Part shown: positions 9,238 through 18,840 of the stretch, piece by piece
Numbering within the stretch: position 1 is the first letter of the stretch
How the letters are laid out: each line of letters opens with the position of its first letter
DNA from: an uncultured Bacteroidaceae bacterium
Lineage (GTDB): Bacteria; Bacteroidota; Bacteroidia; Bacteroidales; GCA-2748055
DNA length: 64,000 bases
NCBI GenBank assembly: GCA_964528675.1
Contig: CAZGTU010000012.1
Span: 6,477 to 70,476, forward strand
Direction of reading: 5' to 3'
Made by a program: the position numbers and the translations under genes
The notes under the pieces: generated by a model
What the model was told of the DNA's origin: nothing
The model's input: only the letters and a program-made list of their open reading frames with translations
Database searches by the model: none

Positions 9238-12200
9238 ATGAGATTTGTTCCATTCTTCCTCCTGTTCCTCTTTCAGGGGGTAATAGGCCAGACAAGTTTT
9301 TTAACAAGAACTATTGAATGGCAGGATCCCAAGCCTCAACTTCAACCCGGGAATATCAAAGATATAACTTCATTTTCCAACTCTTATTGCAGAGATATTA
9401 AAGGTTTATTTCCCTATTATTATGAAAATATTCCTGTTGATGAAAACCGTGTTCCTTTTTCTCTCAGCTTTGTGAGAACAGAAACCCAGACGATTAGCAA
9501 TGAAATTCTCCCTCAATATTTTAAGAAGAAATTGACGAATGAATTTTCTCTTGAATTTTATACCTCAAGAGAAAATGGTAAGAAAATTCTTCAATACACC
9601 ATCTTTCCATTTCGAATTAATCCTGTAACAGGAAAACCGGAACGTCTTATCTCATTTGCCCTTCGTATTGATCAACAGGAAATCACTCCTGAATTGCATA
9701 AGAAAAAGCTTAAATCGGGTACAATAAAAAATTCACTTCTTGCAACAGGCGACTGGTATAAAATCAGAACCGAAGAGGAGGGAATACACAGGATCTCTTA
9801 TAATGATCTGATCAAAATTGGAATTGCCAATCCGGAAAATGCTAAAATATTTGGTTACGGAGGAAAAAGATTACCAGAAGATTCTCGTAAGGGTAATCAG
9901 AATGAATTAATTGAAGTGCCTGTATTTATTGAAAAAGGAGGGGATGGCGTGTTTAACAGCGGGGATTACCTGCTCTTTTATGCATTGGGGACAGTAGAAT
10001 GGAATTACAATGAAAATGAAGATTATTTCCATCATGAAAAAAATCCTTACTCCGATTATGGATATTATTTTATTACATCCGGCGATTCACCGGCCGTATC
10101 ACCACAGAACATGGAATTGGCTGAAGCTCCTGCCGATTATATCAGTCGAAGGTATGATGCTCTTGCTTATCATGAGCTTGATGAGGTAAACCTTATTAAA
10201 TCAGGAAAGGAATGGTACGGTGAGATTTTTGATGTGACCACCGAAAGGTCATTCTCCTTTCATATACCTTCGCTTGACCGGGATTCTCCCGTGAAAATGA
10301 AAACCAACCTGCTGGGGCGCTCCAAAAGCGATAGCCATTATGTTATATCTGTGAACAATAACACTATTGATACAGCCAGGATTAATGATACCAATCTTGG
10401 TGATTATACTGCTGTTTATGCTTATACAAGTTCAGAAATTTATTCTTTTTCATCTTTGTCAGATAATCTCGAAGTTGAGCTTCAGTATATCAAACCGGAT
10501 CCTACTGCACAGGGATGGCTCGACTATCTTTCGGTGAATGCCAGGGCAGAACTGAAACTTCAAGGAGATCAGCTAATTTTTAGGGATAGCGAGTGCCTCA
10601 ACTCATCTGTAACGGAATATATTGTTTCCGAAGCCACTGCTTCTGCTTTAGTATGGGAAGTATCGGATTATCCATATGTCAAAAATGTACCCGGTGATCT
10701 TAATGGCAATACATTTTCTTTTAAAGTTGAAGGCGGTAATCTTCATGAGTTTATCGCATTTGACCCGGCTGCTGATTTCCCCGGTGTAACTTTTGAAGGA
10801 GAAGGGCTTGGAAAAGTTGAAAATCAAAATCTTAGCGGAAGCGGTTATCCTGACCTGGTTATTGTAAGTCATCAAGATTTTATTCCTTATGCAGAAGAAC
10901 TTGCGCAATATCGCTCCGATCATAATGAACTGGAGGTTCTGCTTACCACTCCCGAAAAAATCTATAATGAGTTTTCTTCCGGAAGGCCTGATGTTACTGC
11001 TATACGGAATTTTATGCAATATCTGTACCTGGGTGCCGGGGAGAATAAAGATCTGCAACCTCAATATTTATTGTTGTATGGAGATGGATCCTATATTTTT
11101 AAGTCCAATAATCCGAACGATGGAAATTTTGTCCCTGCTTATCAGTCGGATAACAGTCTTTCCCCGATCTCATCTTTCGTTACAGACGATTTTTACGGAC
11201 TTCTGGATGAAGGTGAAAATATTTCCAGTGGCCTTCTGGACATAGGTATAGGAAGATTGCCGGTATCCAATGAAGAGGAGGCTGAAATCATGCTTAATAA
11301 AATAATAAATTATGAGTCACCCGAAAGACAGGGCGAGTGGAGAAACACTATTGTATTTATCGGAGATGATGAAGATAACAATATTCATTTCAACCAGGCT
11401 GATGAACTCGCAAGATATGTGGAGGGGAATTATCCCGCCTTTAATGTAAATAAGATATATCTGGATGCCTACCAGCAGGTTTCAACTCCTGTAGGTCAGC
11501 GTTATCCGGAAGTCAATAAGGCAATTAACCGGCAGGTAAACAAAGGTGCACTGATTGTTAATTATACAGGACACGGGGGAACTAAGGGACTTGCTCATGA
11601 AAGGATTCTGGAAATGAACGATATACAATCATGGAATAATCAAGGAAAACTGCCGCTCTTCATGACAGCGACCTGCGAATTCAGCCGGTTCGATGAACCG
11701 GAACTCGTTTCAGCAGGTGAAAAGGTTATCTTGAGTCCTGAAGGAGGGGGAATTGCTCTGTTAACGACCACAAGATTGGTATACGCCGGTCCTAATCACG
11801 TGCTTAATGAAAAATTTTACGAGATCGTCTTTGAAAAAAATGAGGAAGGAAAAAATTATTGTCTTGGCGATATCATGAAATATAGTAAAAACAATGCCGG
11901 TGTAGGGATCAATAAAAGAAACTTCACCTTGCTGGGCGATCCTGCTATGCGATTAACATATCCATTTCACAATATAGTTGCTGATTCAATTAACCAGGCA
12001 ATGATACAGGAGGAGAGTGACACAATCAGGGCGCTCTCGGAAGTGAGAATTACCGGTCATGTTCAGAATGCCGGGGGAGATCTGTTGGACTCATTTAATG
12101 GAATCATTTATCCTACAGTATATGATAAACCTTCAGAACAAACTACCCTGGCAAATGACGGGGGATCAAAGAAGAGCTTTAAGGTCAGAAATAATATATT

Positions 12201-13044
12201 ATATAAAGGTAAGGCGACTGTTGAGAATGGATATTTCGAGTTTTCGTTTATTGTTCCTAAAGATATTAATTATGCTTACGGTCCGGGTAAAATAAGTTTT
12301 TATTCTTCCGATAGCCTGAAAGATGCATCGGGTGCTTACCTGGATTTTATCGTTGGAGGATCTGAACCTGATCCTGAACCTGATTTCGAAGGCCCGGAAA
12401 TCTCTGTTTATATGAACAACAATTTCTTTGAAGAAGGTGGTCTGACCAACGAAGAACCTGTTCTTTTTGTTGAGGTTTATGATGAACAGGGAATTAATAC
12501 AACCGGCAACGGAATCGGGCATGACATTACCGCCACTCTCAATGGGGATACCCAGAATAGTATTGTTCTGAATGAATTCTACCAGGCAGATCTGAATAGT
12601 TATCAGAGTGGAACCATAATATATCCATTGAGCAACCTGGAAGAGGGAAACTATTTCGTTGAAGTGAAAGTCTGGGATATTTTTAATAATTCGGCCACCG
12701 GATCAACCGAGTTTGTAGTGGTTAAATCTGATGAGATGCTGCTGCAAAATTTAAAGAATTATCCGAATCCATTTAAAGAAAGCACTTATTTTACCTTTGA
12801 GCATAATAAATCAGACCAGGATCTGGATATCACCATCGATATTTTTGATATGAGCGGTGCACTTGTGCGGACTATCAAAGCTAAAGAATATGGAGCGGGT
12901 TTTCGTTCTCAGCCTGTGTACTGGAATGGGAAAAATGAAAGTGGAAACCAGAGCCGGCAAGGGGTCTATCTTTATCGTATCAGGGTAACGAGTTCTGATG
13001 GCAGGGAAGGGGTTGAAACAGGAAGATTAATTATATTACGTTAA
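9238..13044 (+). CDS. porU: type IX secretion system sortase PorU (C25 peptidase-like C-terminal signal peptidase)
   Basis: 1268 aa with a signal peptide. C25-type core: YLLLYGDGSY...DDFYGLLDE...GIGRLPV...NYTGHGG...ATCEFSRFD. T9SS C-terminal domain NYPNPFKESTYFTFEH...VYLYRIRV. Located directly upstream of porV. Confidence 0.85.
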   Translation: MRFVPFFLLFLFQGVIGQTSFLTRTIEWQDPKPQLQPGNIKDITSFSNSYCRDIKGLFPYYYENIPVDENRVPFSLSFVRTETQTISNEILPQYFKKKLTNEFSLEFYTSRENGKKILQYTIFPFRINPVTGKPERLISFALRIDQQEITPELHKKKLKSGTIKNSLLATGDWYKIRTEEEGIHRISYNDLIKIGIANPENAKIFGYGGKRLPEDSRKGNQNELIEVPVFIEKGGDGVFNSGDYLLFYALGTVEWNYNENEDYFHHEKNPYSDYGYYFITSGDSPAVSPQNMELAEAPADYISRRYDALAYHELDEVNLIKSGKEWYGEIFDVTTERSFSFHIPSLDRDSPVKMKTNLLGRSKSDSHYVISVNNNTIDTARINDTNLGDYTAVYAYTSSEIYSFSSLSDNLEVELQYIKPDPTAQGWLDYLSVNARAELKLQGDQLIFRDSECLNSSVTEYIVSEATASALVWEVSDYPYVKNVPGDLNGNTFSFKVEGGNLHEFIAFDPAADFPGVTFEGEGLGKVENQNLSGSGYPDLVIVSHQDFIPYAEELAQYRSDHNELEVLLTTPEKIYNEFSSGRPDVTAIRNFMQYLYLGAGENKDLQPQYLLLYGDGSYIFKSNNPNDGNFVPAYQSDNSLSPISSFVTDDFYGLLDEGENISSGLLDIGIGRLPVSNEEEAEIMLNKIINYESPERQGEWRNTIVFIGDDEDNNIHFNQADELARYVEGNYPAFNVNKIYLDAYQQVSTPVGQRYPEVNKAINRQVNKGALIVNYTGHGGTKGLAHERILEMNDIQSWNNQGKLPLFMTATCEFSRFDEPELVSAGEKVILSPEGGGIALLTTTRLVYAGPNHVLNEKFYEIVFEKNEEGKNYCLGDIMKYSKNNAGVGINKRNFTLLGDPAMRLTYPFHNIVADSINQAMIQEESDTIRALSEVRITGHVQNAGGDLLDSFNGIIYPTVYDKPSEQTTLANDGGSKKSFKVRNNILYKGKATVENGYFEFSFIVPKDINYAYGPGKISFYSSDSLKDASGAYLDFIVGGSEPDPEPDFEGPEISVYMNNNFFEEGGLTNEEPVLFVEVYDEQGINTTGNGIGHDITATLNGDTQNSIVLNEFYQADLNSYQSGTIIYPLSNLEEGNYFVEVKVWDIFNNSATGSTEFVVVKSDEMLLQNLKNYPNPFKESTYFTFEHNKSDQDLDITIDIFDMSGALVRTIKAKEYGAGFRSQPVYWNGKNESGNQSRQGVYLYRIRVTSSDGREGVETGRLIILR

Positions 13045-13196
13045 AAATGTAATTTTTCTGAACATTAAGAGTTATTAAGGTATTATTTATTCTGAGCATC
13101 AGAATATATTTTAAATTTTCTTGTTAATCAGATGATTAAGCAGAAATAAATAGCGATAACAATTGAATAACCGACGGCATTTTTCTTTTTTTCTAT

Positions 13197-13204
13197 TATA
13201 TTTG
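13197..13204 (+). promoter_or_regulatory. candidate Bacteroidota -7 promoter box (TAnnTTTG) for porV
   Basis: TATATTTG matches TAnnTTTG perfectly, 23 nt upstream of the porV ATG. No clear -33 TTTG was seen. Confidence 0.35.
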
Positions 13205-13226
13205 CTGTCTCATAAAAGTTAAAAGA

Positions 13227-14441
13227 ATGTTTTTTAGATTGAATTTGAAGAGATTCCTTATTCTGTTAAGCATTACAGGATTATTTGCCACCGCTTCATT
13301 TGGTCAGATAACAACCGGCGAACTAACCGGAGAGATAAATGTGATACAATCTGCGGTTCCTTTTTTAACAATTGCCCCGGATTCACGTTCAGGAGCTATG
13401 GGTGATGTGGGCGCAGCCACTGCTCCTGACATAAATTCGCAGCACTGGAATCCTGCCAAATATGTTTTCATGGAAGGGCAGGGAGGAGCCGCACTATCCT
13501 ATACCCCATGGTTAAGGAGGCTTATACCTGACATCAATCTTGCTTATCTTGTAGGATATAAAAAGCTGGACGGATTACAATCCATCTCAGCATCGTTAAG
13601 ATATTTTTCTTTAGGTAATATAGTTTTTACCGATATCTATGGAACCGCCCAGGGACAGTTCAATCCTAATGAATTTGCAATTGATGTGGCATATTCCCGG
13701 TTATTTTCGGATAATTTTTCAGGTGCTATATTGTTCCGGTTTATACGATCTGATCTTACCGGCGGTAAAAGTGTTGGAGATGTAGAATCCAAAGCTGCAA
13801 TAGCAGTGGCCTCCGATCTGTCTTTTTATTATACTGATGATATTGATCTCGGGGCAAACGATGGGCGTTTGTCATTCGGTACCAATATTTCCAATATGGG
13901 TAATAAAATTTCCTACACGGAAACACAGGAACCTGCTTTTCTTCCTATTAACTGGAGACTGGGAGGAAACCTGGACCTTGAGATAGATGATTATAATAGT
14001 TTTTCTTTTGCCCTTGATCTGAACAAACTTCTGGTTCCCACTCCCCCGGTATACAGCGACACAGCAGAAGACTTGATTATGCATGGGATGGATCCCAATG
14101 TTAGTGTGCCGCTGGGAATGCTACAGTCTTTTTACGATGCTCCCGGTGTTGAACTGGAGGACGGTACCCGCAGTGTGTTCAGGGAAGAGCTTCACGAAAT
14201 CACTTACAGTCTTGGTGTGGAATACTGGTATCGGGAGCAGTTTGCTATCCGGGGTGGTTACTTCCATGAGCACAGGAATAAAGGAAACAGAAAGTATTTT
14301 TCGCTTGGTGTGGGACTAAAGTTGAATGTATTTGAACTGGATTTTGCATACCTTATCCCCACATACCAGAACAATCCGCTTGCCAATACACTCCGGTTTA
14401 CCATTGGATTTGACTTTGATAAATACCGGGCAGCTAATTAG
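13227..14441 (+). CDS. porV: type IX secretion system outer membrane channel/shuttle protein PorV (LptO)
   Basis: 404 aa with a signal peptide. Characteristic N-terminal block AVPFLTIAPDSRSGAMGDVGAATAPDINSQHWNPAKY and a beta-barrel C-terminus. Adjacent to porU. Confidence 0.9.
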   Translation: MFFRLNLKRFLILLSITGLFATASFGQITTGELTGEINVIQSAVPFLTIAPDSRSGAMGDVGAATAPDINSQHWNPAKYVFMEGQGGAALSYTPWLRRLIPDINLAYLVGYKKLDGLQSISASLRYFSLGNIVFTDIYGTAQGQFNPNEFAIDVAYSRLFSDNFSGAILFRFIRSDLTGGKSVGDVESKAAIAVASDLSFYYTDDIDLGANDGRLSFGTNISNMGNKISYTETQEPAFLPINWRLGGNLDLEIDDYNSFSFALDLNKLLVPTPPVYSDTAEDLIMHGMDPNVSVPLGMLQSFYDAPGVELEDGTRSVFREELHEITYSLGVEYWYREQFAIRGGYFHEHRNKGNRKYFSLGVGLKLNVFELDFAYLIPTYQNNPLANTLRFTIGFDFDKYRAAN

Positions 14442-14643
14442 TGTCTGTCCATAATGTCCGATATCCGCCCCGATGGCTATCGGGGCTGCAAAAATTTTAA
14501 TTCCTTATATCCGCCAGGGCGGATACTGCGGATTAAAATTTTTGCACGCCCCCGTAAAGGAACGGGGCAGGCTTTGATCTCGAACATTCTGTTCCGATAG
14601 CTATCGGAACAGACACTCGACTTTATTGACAGACACTAATTAA
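14435..14643. repeat. mosaic hairpin element (REP/BIME- or MITE-like) with 15-bp perfect terminal inverted repeats
   Basis: TAATTAGTGTCTGTC at 14435-14449 pairs with GACAGACACTAATTA at 14628-14642. Five internal hairpins are enclosed: 14467-14486, 14488-14545 (16 bp), 14508-14525, 14548-14568, and 14591-14610 (a 20-nt perfect palindrome). Confidence 0.65.
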
Positions 14644-14672
14644 TCTGTATTGTCCGGAATTATTTTTTTATT

Positions 14673-15155
14673 ATGAGTTTACGAATAGGCACCGGTTATG
14701 ATGTGCATGTCCTTGAAAGAGGACTTCCTTTATTTATTGGAGGTGTTAAAATTAAACATTCTCACGGCCTTGTAGGTCACTCCGATGCTGATGTTCTTCT
14801 TCATGCAATCAGTGATGCTTTGCTGGGTGCACTTGCCCTTGGAGATTTAGGTAAACATTTTCCGGATAATTCCGATGAATTTAAGGGAATTGACAGCAAA
14901 GTTTTATTGAAGAAAAGCTATGATATGATTAAAGCTAAAGGTTTCCTTCTCGAAAACCTCGATAGTACTGTTATCCTGGAACTTCCAAAACTTAGTCCTT
15001 ACATAGGAGATATACGGAAAACCATTGCAACCGTGATGGGGACAGATATTGAAAATATTTCTGTGAAAGCCACCACAACCGAGAAACTTGGTTTTACCGG
15101 TCGAAAAGAAGGCATTGCTGCAGAAGCTGTTGTTTTATTAAAAAGCCGGAACTAA
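14673..15155 (+). CDS. ispF: 2-C-methyl-D-erythritol 2,4-cyclodiphosphate synthase
   Basis: 160 aa with the IspF signature RIGTGYDVH...HSDADVLLHAI.DALLGA and the C-terminal TTTEKLGFTGR. Confidence 0.95.
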   Translation: MSLRIGTGYDVHVLERGLPLFIGGVKIKHSHGLVGHSDADVLLHAISDALLGALALGDLGKHFPDNSDEFKGIDSKVLLKKSYDMIKAKGFLLENLDSTVILELPKLSPYIGDIRKTIATVMGTDIENISVKATTTEKLGFTGRKEGIAAEAVVLLKSRN

Positions 15156-15160
15156 GCTGA

Positions 15161-15238
15161 ATAGAGTCTGTGAATAAAATTGAGTGTCTGACCCGATAGC
15201 TATCCGGGCAGATATCGGACATTATGGACAGACTCTAT
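15161..15238. repeat. short copy of the 14435-14643 element family, in inverted orientation
   Basis: Own termini ATAGAGTCTGT at 15161-15171 and ACAGACTCTAT at 15228-15238. Positions 15211-15233 are the exact reverse complement of 14443-14465 (23 nt). It also shares the CCGATAGCTATC hairpin module and the CAGACACT..TTTATT..ACAGAC end module. Confidence 0.6.
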
Positions 15239-15265
15239 ATAATTATTTTTAGCGTTGTTCAAGAC

Positions 15266-17206
15266 TTAATAAAAATATATCTCAGGAAACTCCAGCAACC
15301 TTCTTTCTATTGTTTTCTCCAGGAAAGAAATGTCATCCTTTAAATTTTCTTCCTGTTCATAAAAGCTGCTTAGCTTTACAAGTGAGAGGATGGATTTATA
15401 ATATTTAAGCGTTTGAATATCCCTTGGATTGTCATCTTTTAATTCCGTTTTAAGAATATTTTTTTCCATCTCAATAAAATATTCTTCAAAAGCTTTTTTT
15501 CCTAATTCTTCAGTCTCTTCTGTGTTATAAAGGTTATCGATAAGAAAAAGATAATAATAGTTAATTCCTGTTTTTTGGGGAGGATATTTTTCGATAAACT
15601 CCAGTATCATTTTCTGTTTTCTTTTGTTATCTTCATGAAATTCTGCAGTGTAAATCCGGATAAAGCTGGCTTCCAGCAAAAGATTGAAAATAATGGTTCG
15701 TGAAAAAAAATCGGATCCCGGGGCATAAAGGCTTGTGTTTTTTACCATATCATTAATGGCAAGAGTGTCAAAGTAATGATCTTCAAAAAAAATGGTGTTT
15801 GGGCCTTTTCGCTCGAGGCTGTAGTATAATCCTTTATCCACAAGGTGTGCCTTATCAAACATAGACTTGAAACGTGGCTGCATTCCTTTACTGAAGTATA
15901 GGTGCCGTTTCCCGAGCTGGCTGTGTACTATATTCTGCAGTAAATACTCTGAGGTAGAAATCACGTTACCCTTTTTTCCACTGACCATTTTGAGGGTATC
16001 AACAAGCCCTTCATCTGTAACATAATCAATAATATAATTTCCATAAGGAATAGTGATAACAGGATTGTTCTCTTTAAGCTGACGGGCAAGCGAGATTTGA
16101 ACATTCCTAAACAAAAGATCACGAGGTGTTTCATCTTCTATAAGCAAGGTATGTTCAGCAAGCGTAATAATTAATTTTTTTTCATCCAAAATACTTTCCA
16201 GACTTTGTGCTGTATTCCTTTTTCTTGTTAGAAGAAGATAATAAAGGGGATCACGTAAAAGGGAAAGGTTTACTATATTAATGTCTTTTCGAAAACCCTT
16301 TGACTCCTGGAGCCAGATAAGGGGATAGGTATCGTTATCCCCATTGGTAAATAATATGCTGTTTTTCTCAAGAGGAGAAAGTATCTCATATGCATATCGT
16401 TCCCAAAATTCATGGTATAACTGCTTATCTCCGACAGATTCAAGGAATTTGTCGGCTTCTTTTTCGAAACCAAATATTTGCAGCTCATAAAAGCTGTCCA
16501 TTACTTCATTGGCATATTTAATATCCATTAAACCAACAAGGGTTTTGTAATCCGGGGATCTTTCATACAGAATGCGAAGATAATAGGATGATTTTTCAGC
16601 ATATTCCAGATATAGTTTAGCATCCCTTTTTTCAGCTCTTACACCCCGGGCTTTTGTCGGATCGGAATATTGAGAATGGGACCAGAAAATATCCGAAGCC
16701 TTTTGAGCATATGCCCTTCCGAGACCATATAATTCATTGTCGGATAAAGTTGCCGTTTTCTTTTGTTCGTAATATTTTATGACATCATCCATCCATCCCG
16801 AATAACCATAAAAGGGTTGAATGGCAAAATCATAGAGATCCTGGTTTGAAATTAGTTCCGTAATGAGAATGTCTTTGTCGTTTTTATGCGGATCTATGTG
16901 GGGTGGGAATTTATTATCATAAGACCAGATTGTGATCCGATTTGGATTTTTGTATGAAAGATATTGGGGTGTAACATGCCAGCCTGATGGATCCCGGATG
17001 AAGTTAAAACGATAGAAATCCTCGTTTCTGTAATTATTCAGTTCAAAATTCTGGGCAAAAACCTTCGCTATTTCTTCCAGTTTAGGATATCTGTATGGAT
17101 CGCGAAAGTCCTGTCCGATTAGCCTGGTAGAGAAATGGAGCAGAATGCTGATCCAGATCAGATGAGAAAAGAGTGTTTTTATGTCTTTTTTGTAAAAACT
17201 TATCAT
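15266..17206 (-). CDS. hypothetical signal-anchored protein with a DUF2723-like motif
   Basis: 646 aa with one N-terminal hydrophobic segment. The motif FTNGDNDTYPLIWLQESKGFRKDINIVNLSLL resembles the conserved NGDNDTFP...NLSLL block of DUF2723 (GT117-like) proteins, but the multi-pass membrane domain is absent. Confidence 0.45.
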   Translation of the reverse strand: MISFYKKDIKTLFSHLIWISILLHFSTRLIGQDFRDPYRYPKLEEIAKVFAQNFELNNYRNEDFYRFNFIRDPSGWHVTPQYLSYKNPNRITIWSYDNKFPPHIDPHKNDKDILITELISNQDLYDFAIQPFYGYSGWMDDVIKYYEQKKTATLSDNELYGLGRAYAQKASDIFWSHSQYSDPTKARGVRAEKRDAKLYLEYAEKSSYYLRILYERSPDYKTLVGLMDIKYANEVMDSFYELQIFGFEKEADKFLESVGDKQLYHEFWERYAYEILSPLEKNSILFTNGDNDTYPLIWLQESKGFRKDINIVNLSLLRDPLYYLLLTRKRNTAQSLESILDEKKLIITLAEHTLLIEDETPRDLLFRNVQISLARQLKENNPVITIPYGNYIIDYVTDEGLVDTLKMVSGKKGNVISTSEYLLQNIVHSQLGKRHLYFSKGMQPRFKSMFDKAHLVDKGLYYSLERKGPNTIFFEDHYFDTLAINDMVKNTSLYAPGSDFFSRTIIFNLLLEASFIRIYTAEFHEDNKRKQKMILEFIEKYPPQKTGINYYYLFLIDNLYNTEETEELGKKAFEEYFIEMEKNILKTELKDDNPRDIQTLKYYKSILSLVKLSSFYEQEENLKDDISFLEKTIERRLLEFPEIYFY

Positions 17207-17381
17207 GTTATACTAAAATCCTGATAAAATTCGTTGAAATCAAACTGATTAATTAACTTAACACTTTCAATAAATATTATCTATAGATCAAAAAAGTTTA
17301 TCGAAGGTAATATACAAAGTAATTTTTATTCAGGTTTAACAATCAGTCTAAATACGAATATTTTTAAAGATTGAAGCTGAA

Positions 17382-18791
17382 ATGAAGAAAATACCCGTCT
17401 TTTTGTTTGTCCTTTTAGTATATTCTTATATTTCATTAAATGCTCAACAATACGAAATTAAAATAAATATTCCGGATTATTCCGGAAAAAGAGCTTACCT
17501 GGCATTGCTTCAGGGTGATGAGAGTGTTCTTGTGGACTCAACTGTGGTGAGCAACGGAAAGATTGAATTTTTATTTGATAAAGAAAAAGCTCTGGGATTA
17601 TACCGGCTTTTTCTTTCCGATCCTGCCCTTTCTCAAATGCAACGGAGAGAACCTGTTCATTTCGATTTTATTTTCAATCGGGAAAACATTGAATTAATGA
17701 GCAGTTACTCATCACTTCTTAAGGATATGGTAGTATTCAGATCCAGGGAAAACAAAAAATATTTTGACTTTTTAAGACTTAAATCTGATTACCGTCGCCA
17801 TTTAAGTCTCTTACTCCCTTTGACTGAAGTCTATGATAGCACAGACAGTTTCTTTTCCTCTCTCAGGAGGGAATTACTGAATGTACAACTGGATTATAAT
17901 GATTCTCTCGTGAAATTGGCAAATACAGATCCCCATATGCTCGTTTCTTCATTAATTGCTTTAAATAGAGAACCTGTTTTTGATCCCGGGAAACACGAGA
18001 ATCTGACAGGTTTTATGAGAGAAAATTATCTTGCCACTGTGAGTTTTACAGATGAGAGGCTTCTTAATACAAATGCAATCACTCAAAAGGTCATTTCATA
18101 TTTAAGTTTTTATCGTGGACAAGAAATGAACAGGCAGGAACAGGAAAAAGCTTTTATTCAGGCTGTTGATAAGATCATGGAAGAGGTGAGTTATAACCAG
18201 GAAATCTATGATTTTGTTCTTGATTATCTCATCGATGGATTTGAACAATTTCAGATGGAAGAAGTGCTGGTCCATATTGCGGATAATCATCTAACCGGGG
18301 AATGTAAAACAGAAAGTGAAGAAATTGCAAAAGAAAGACTGGAAGCCTACCAGAAAATGGCTCCGGGAAAAAAGGTCCCTGATATTAATCTTCTCGATCC
18401 TTTCGATACCCCTCATCGTTTATCTTCCCTTGAAAATGAAATGATCCTTTTAATTTTCTGGTCATCAGAATGTCCCCACTGCACCAATCTTTTACCGCGT
18501 CTTAATAAATGGTATAATAAAGAGAAGGAAAACTATGATCTGGGTATTTATACCGTATCGATTGATGATAGCAGAATTGATTGGGAGGAATTCGTCCTGA
18601 TGAATGAACTGGATTGGATCAATGTTTATGATCCGGAAGGATGGGAAAGCACCACCTCTCAAAGGTATAATATTTATGCAACTCCTACCATGTTACTATT
18701 GAACAAGGATCTGAAGATTATAGCTAAACCTATAACCTTCAGAGATGTGAAGCAGGCTATTGAAGATGAGACTCGAATCGTGAATAATTAA
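17382..18791 (+). CDS. TlpA/redoxin-family thiol-disulfide oxidoreductase with a long N-terminal domain
   Basis: Signal peptide and a C-terminal thioredoxin fold with a CxxC motif (WSSECPHCTNLLP) and YNIYATPT. Confidence 0.75.
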   Translation: MKKIPVFLFVLLVYSYISLNAQQYEIKINIPDYSGKRAYLALLQGDESVLVDSTVVSNGKIEFLFDKEKALGLYRLFLSDPALSQMQRREPVHFDFIFNRENIELMSSYSSLLKDMVVFRSRENKKYFDFLRLKSDYRRHLSLLLPLTEVYDSTDSFFSSLRRELLNVQLDYNDSLVKLANTDPHMLVSSLIALNREPVFDPGKHENLTGFMRENYLATVSFTDERLLNTNAITQKVISYLSFYRGQEMNRQEQEKAFIQAVDKIMEEVSYNQEIYDFVLDYLIDGFEQFQMEEVLVHIADNHLTGECKTESEEIAKERLEAYQKMAPGKKVPDINLLDPFDTPHRLSSLENEMILLIFWSSECPHCTNLLPRLNKWYNKEKENYDLGIYTVSIDDSRIDWEEFVLMNELDWINVYDPEGWESTTSQRYNIYATPTMLLLNKDLKIIAKPITFRDVKQAIEDETRIVNN

Positions 18792-18840
18792 AAATTACAT
18801 TTACTTAGTAGCATCTTACAGGGAATTTATGCATTAGATT

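Noticed and set aside
12355-12390. Short tandem GAACCTGATCCT repeat in porU encoding EPDPEPD
   Set aside because: It is only two units within a linker region, a trivial low-complexity feature.
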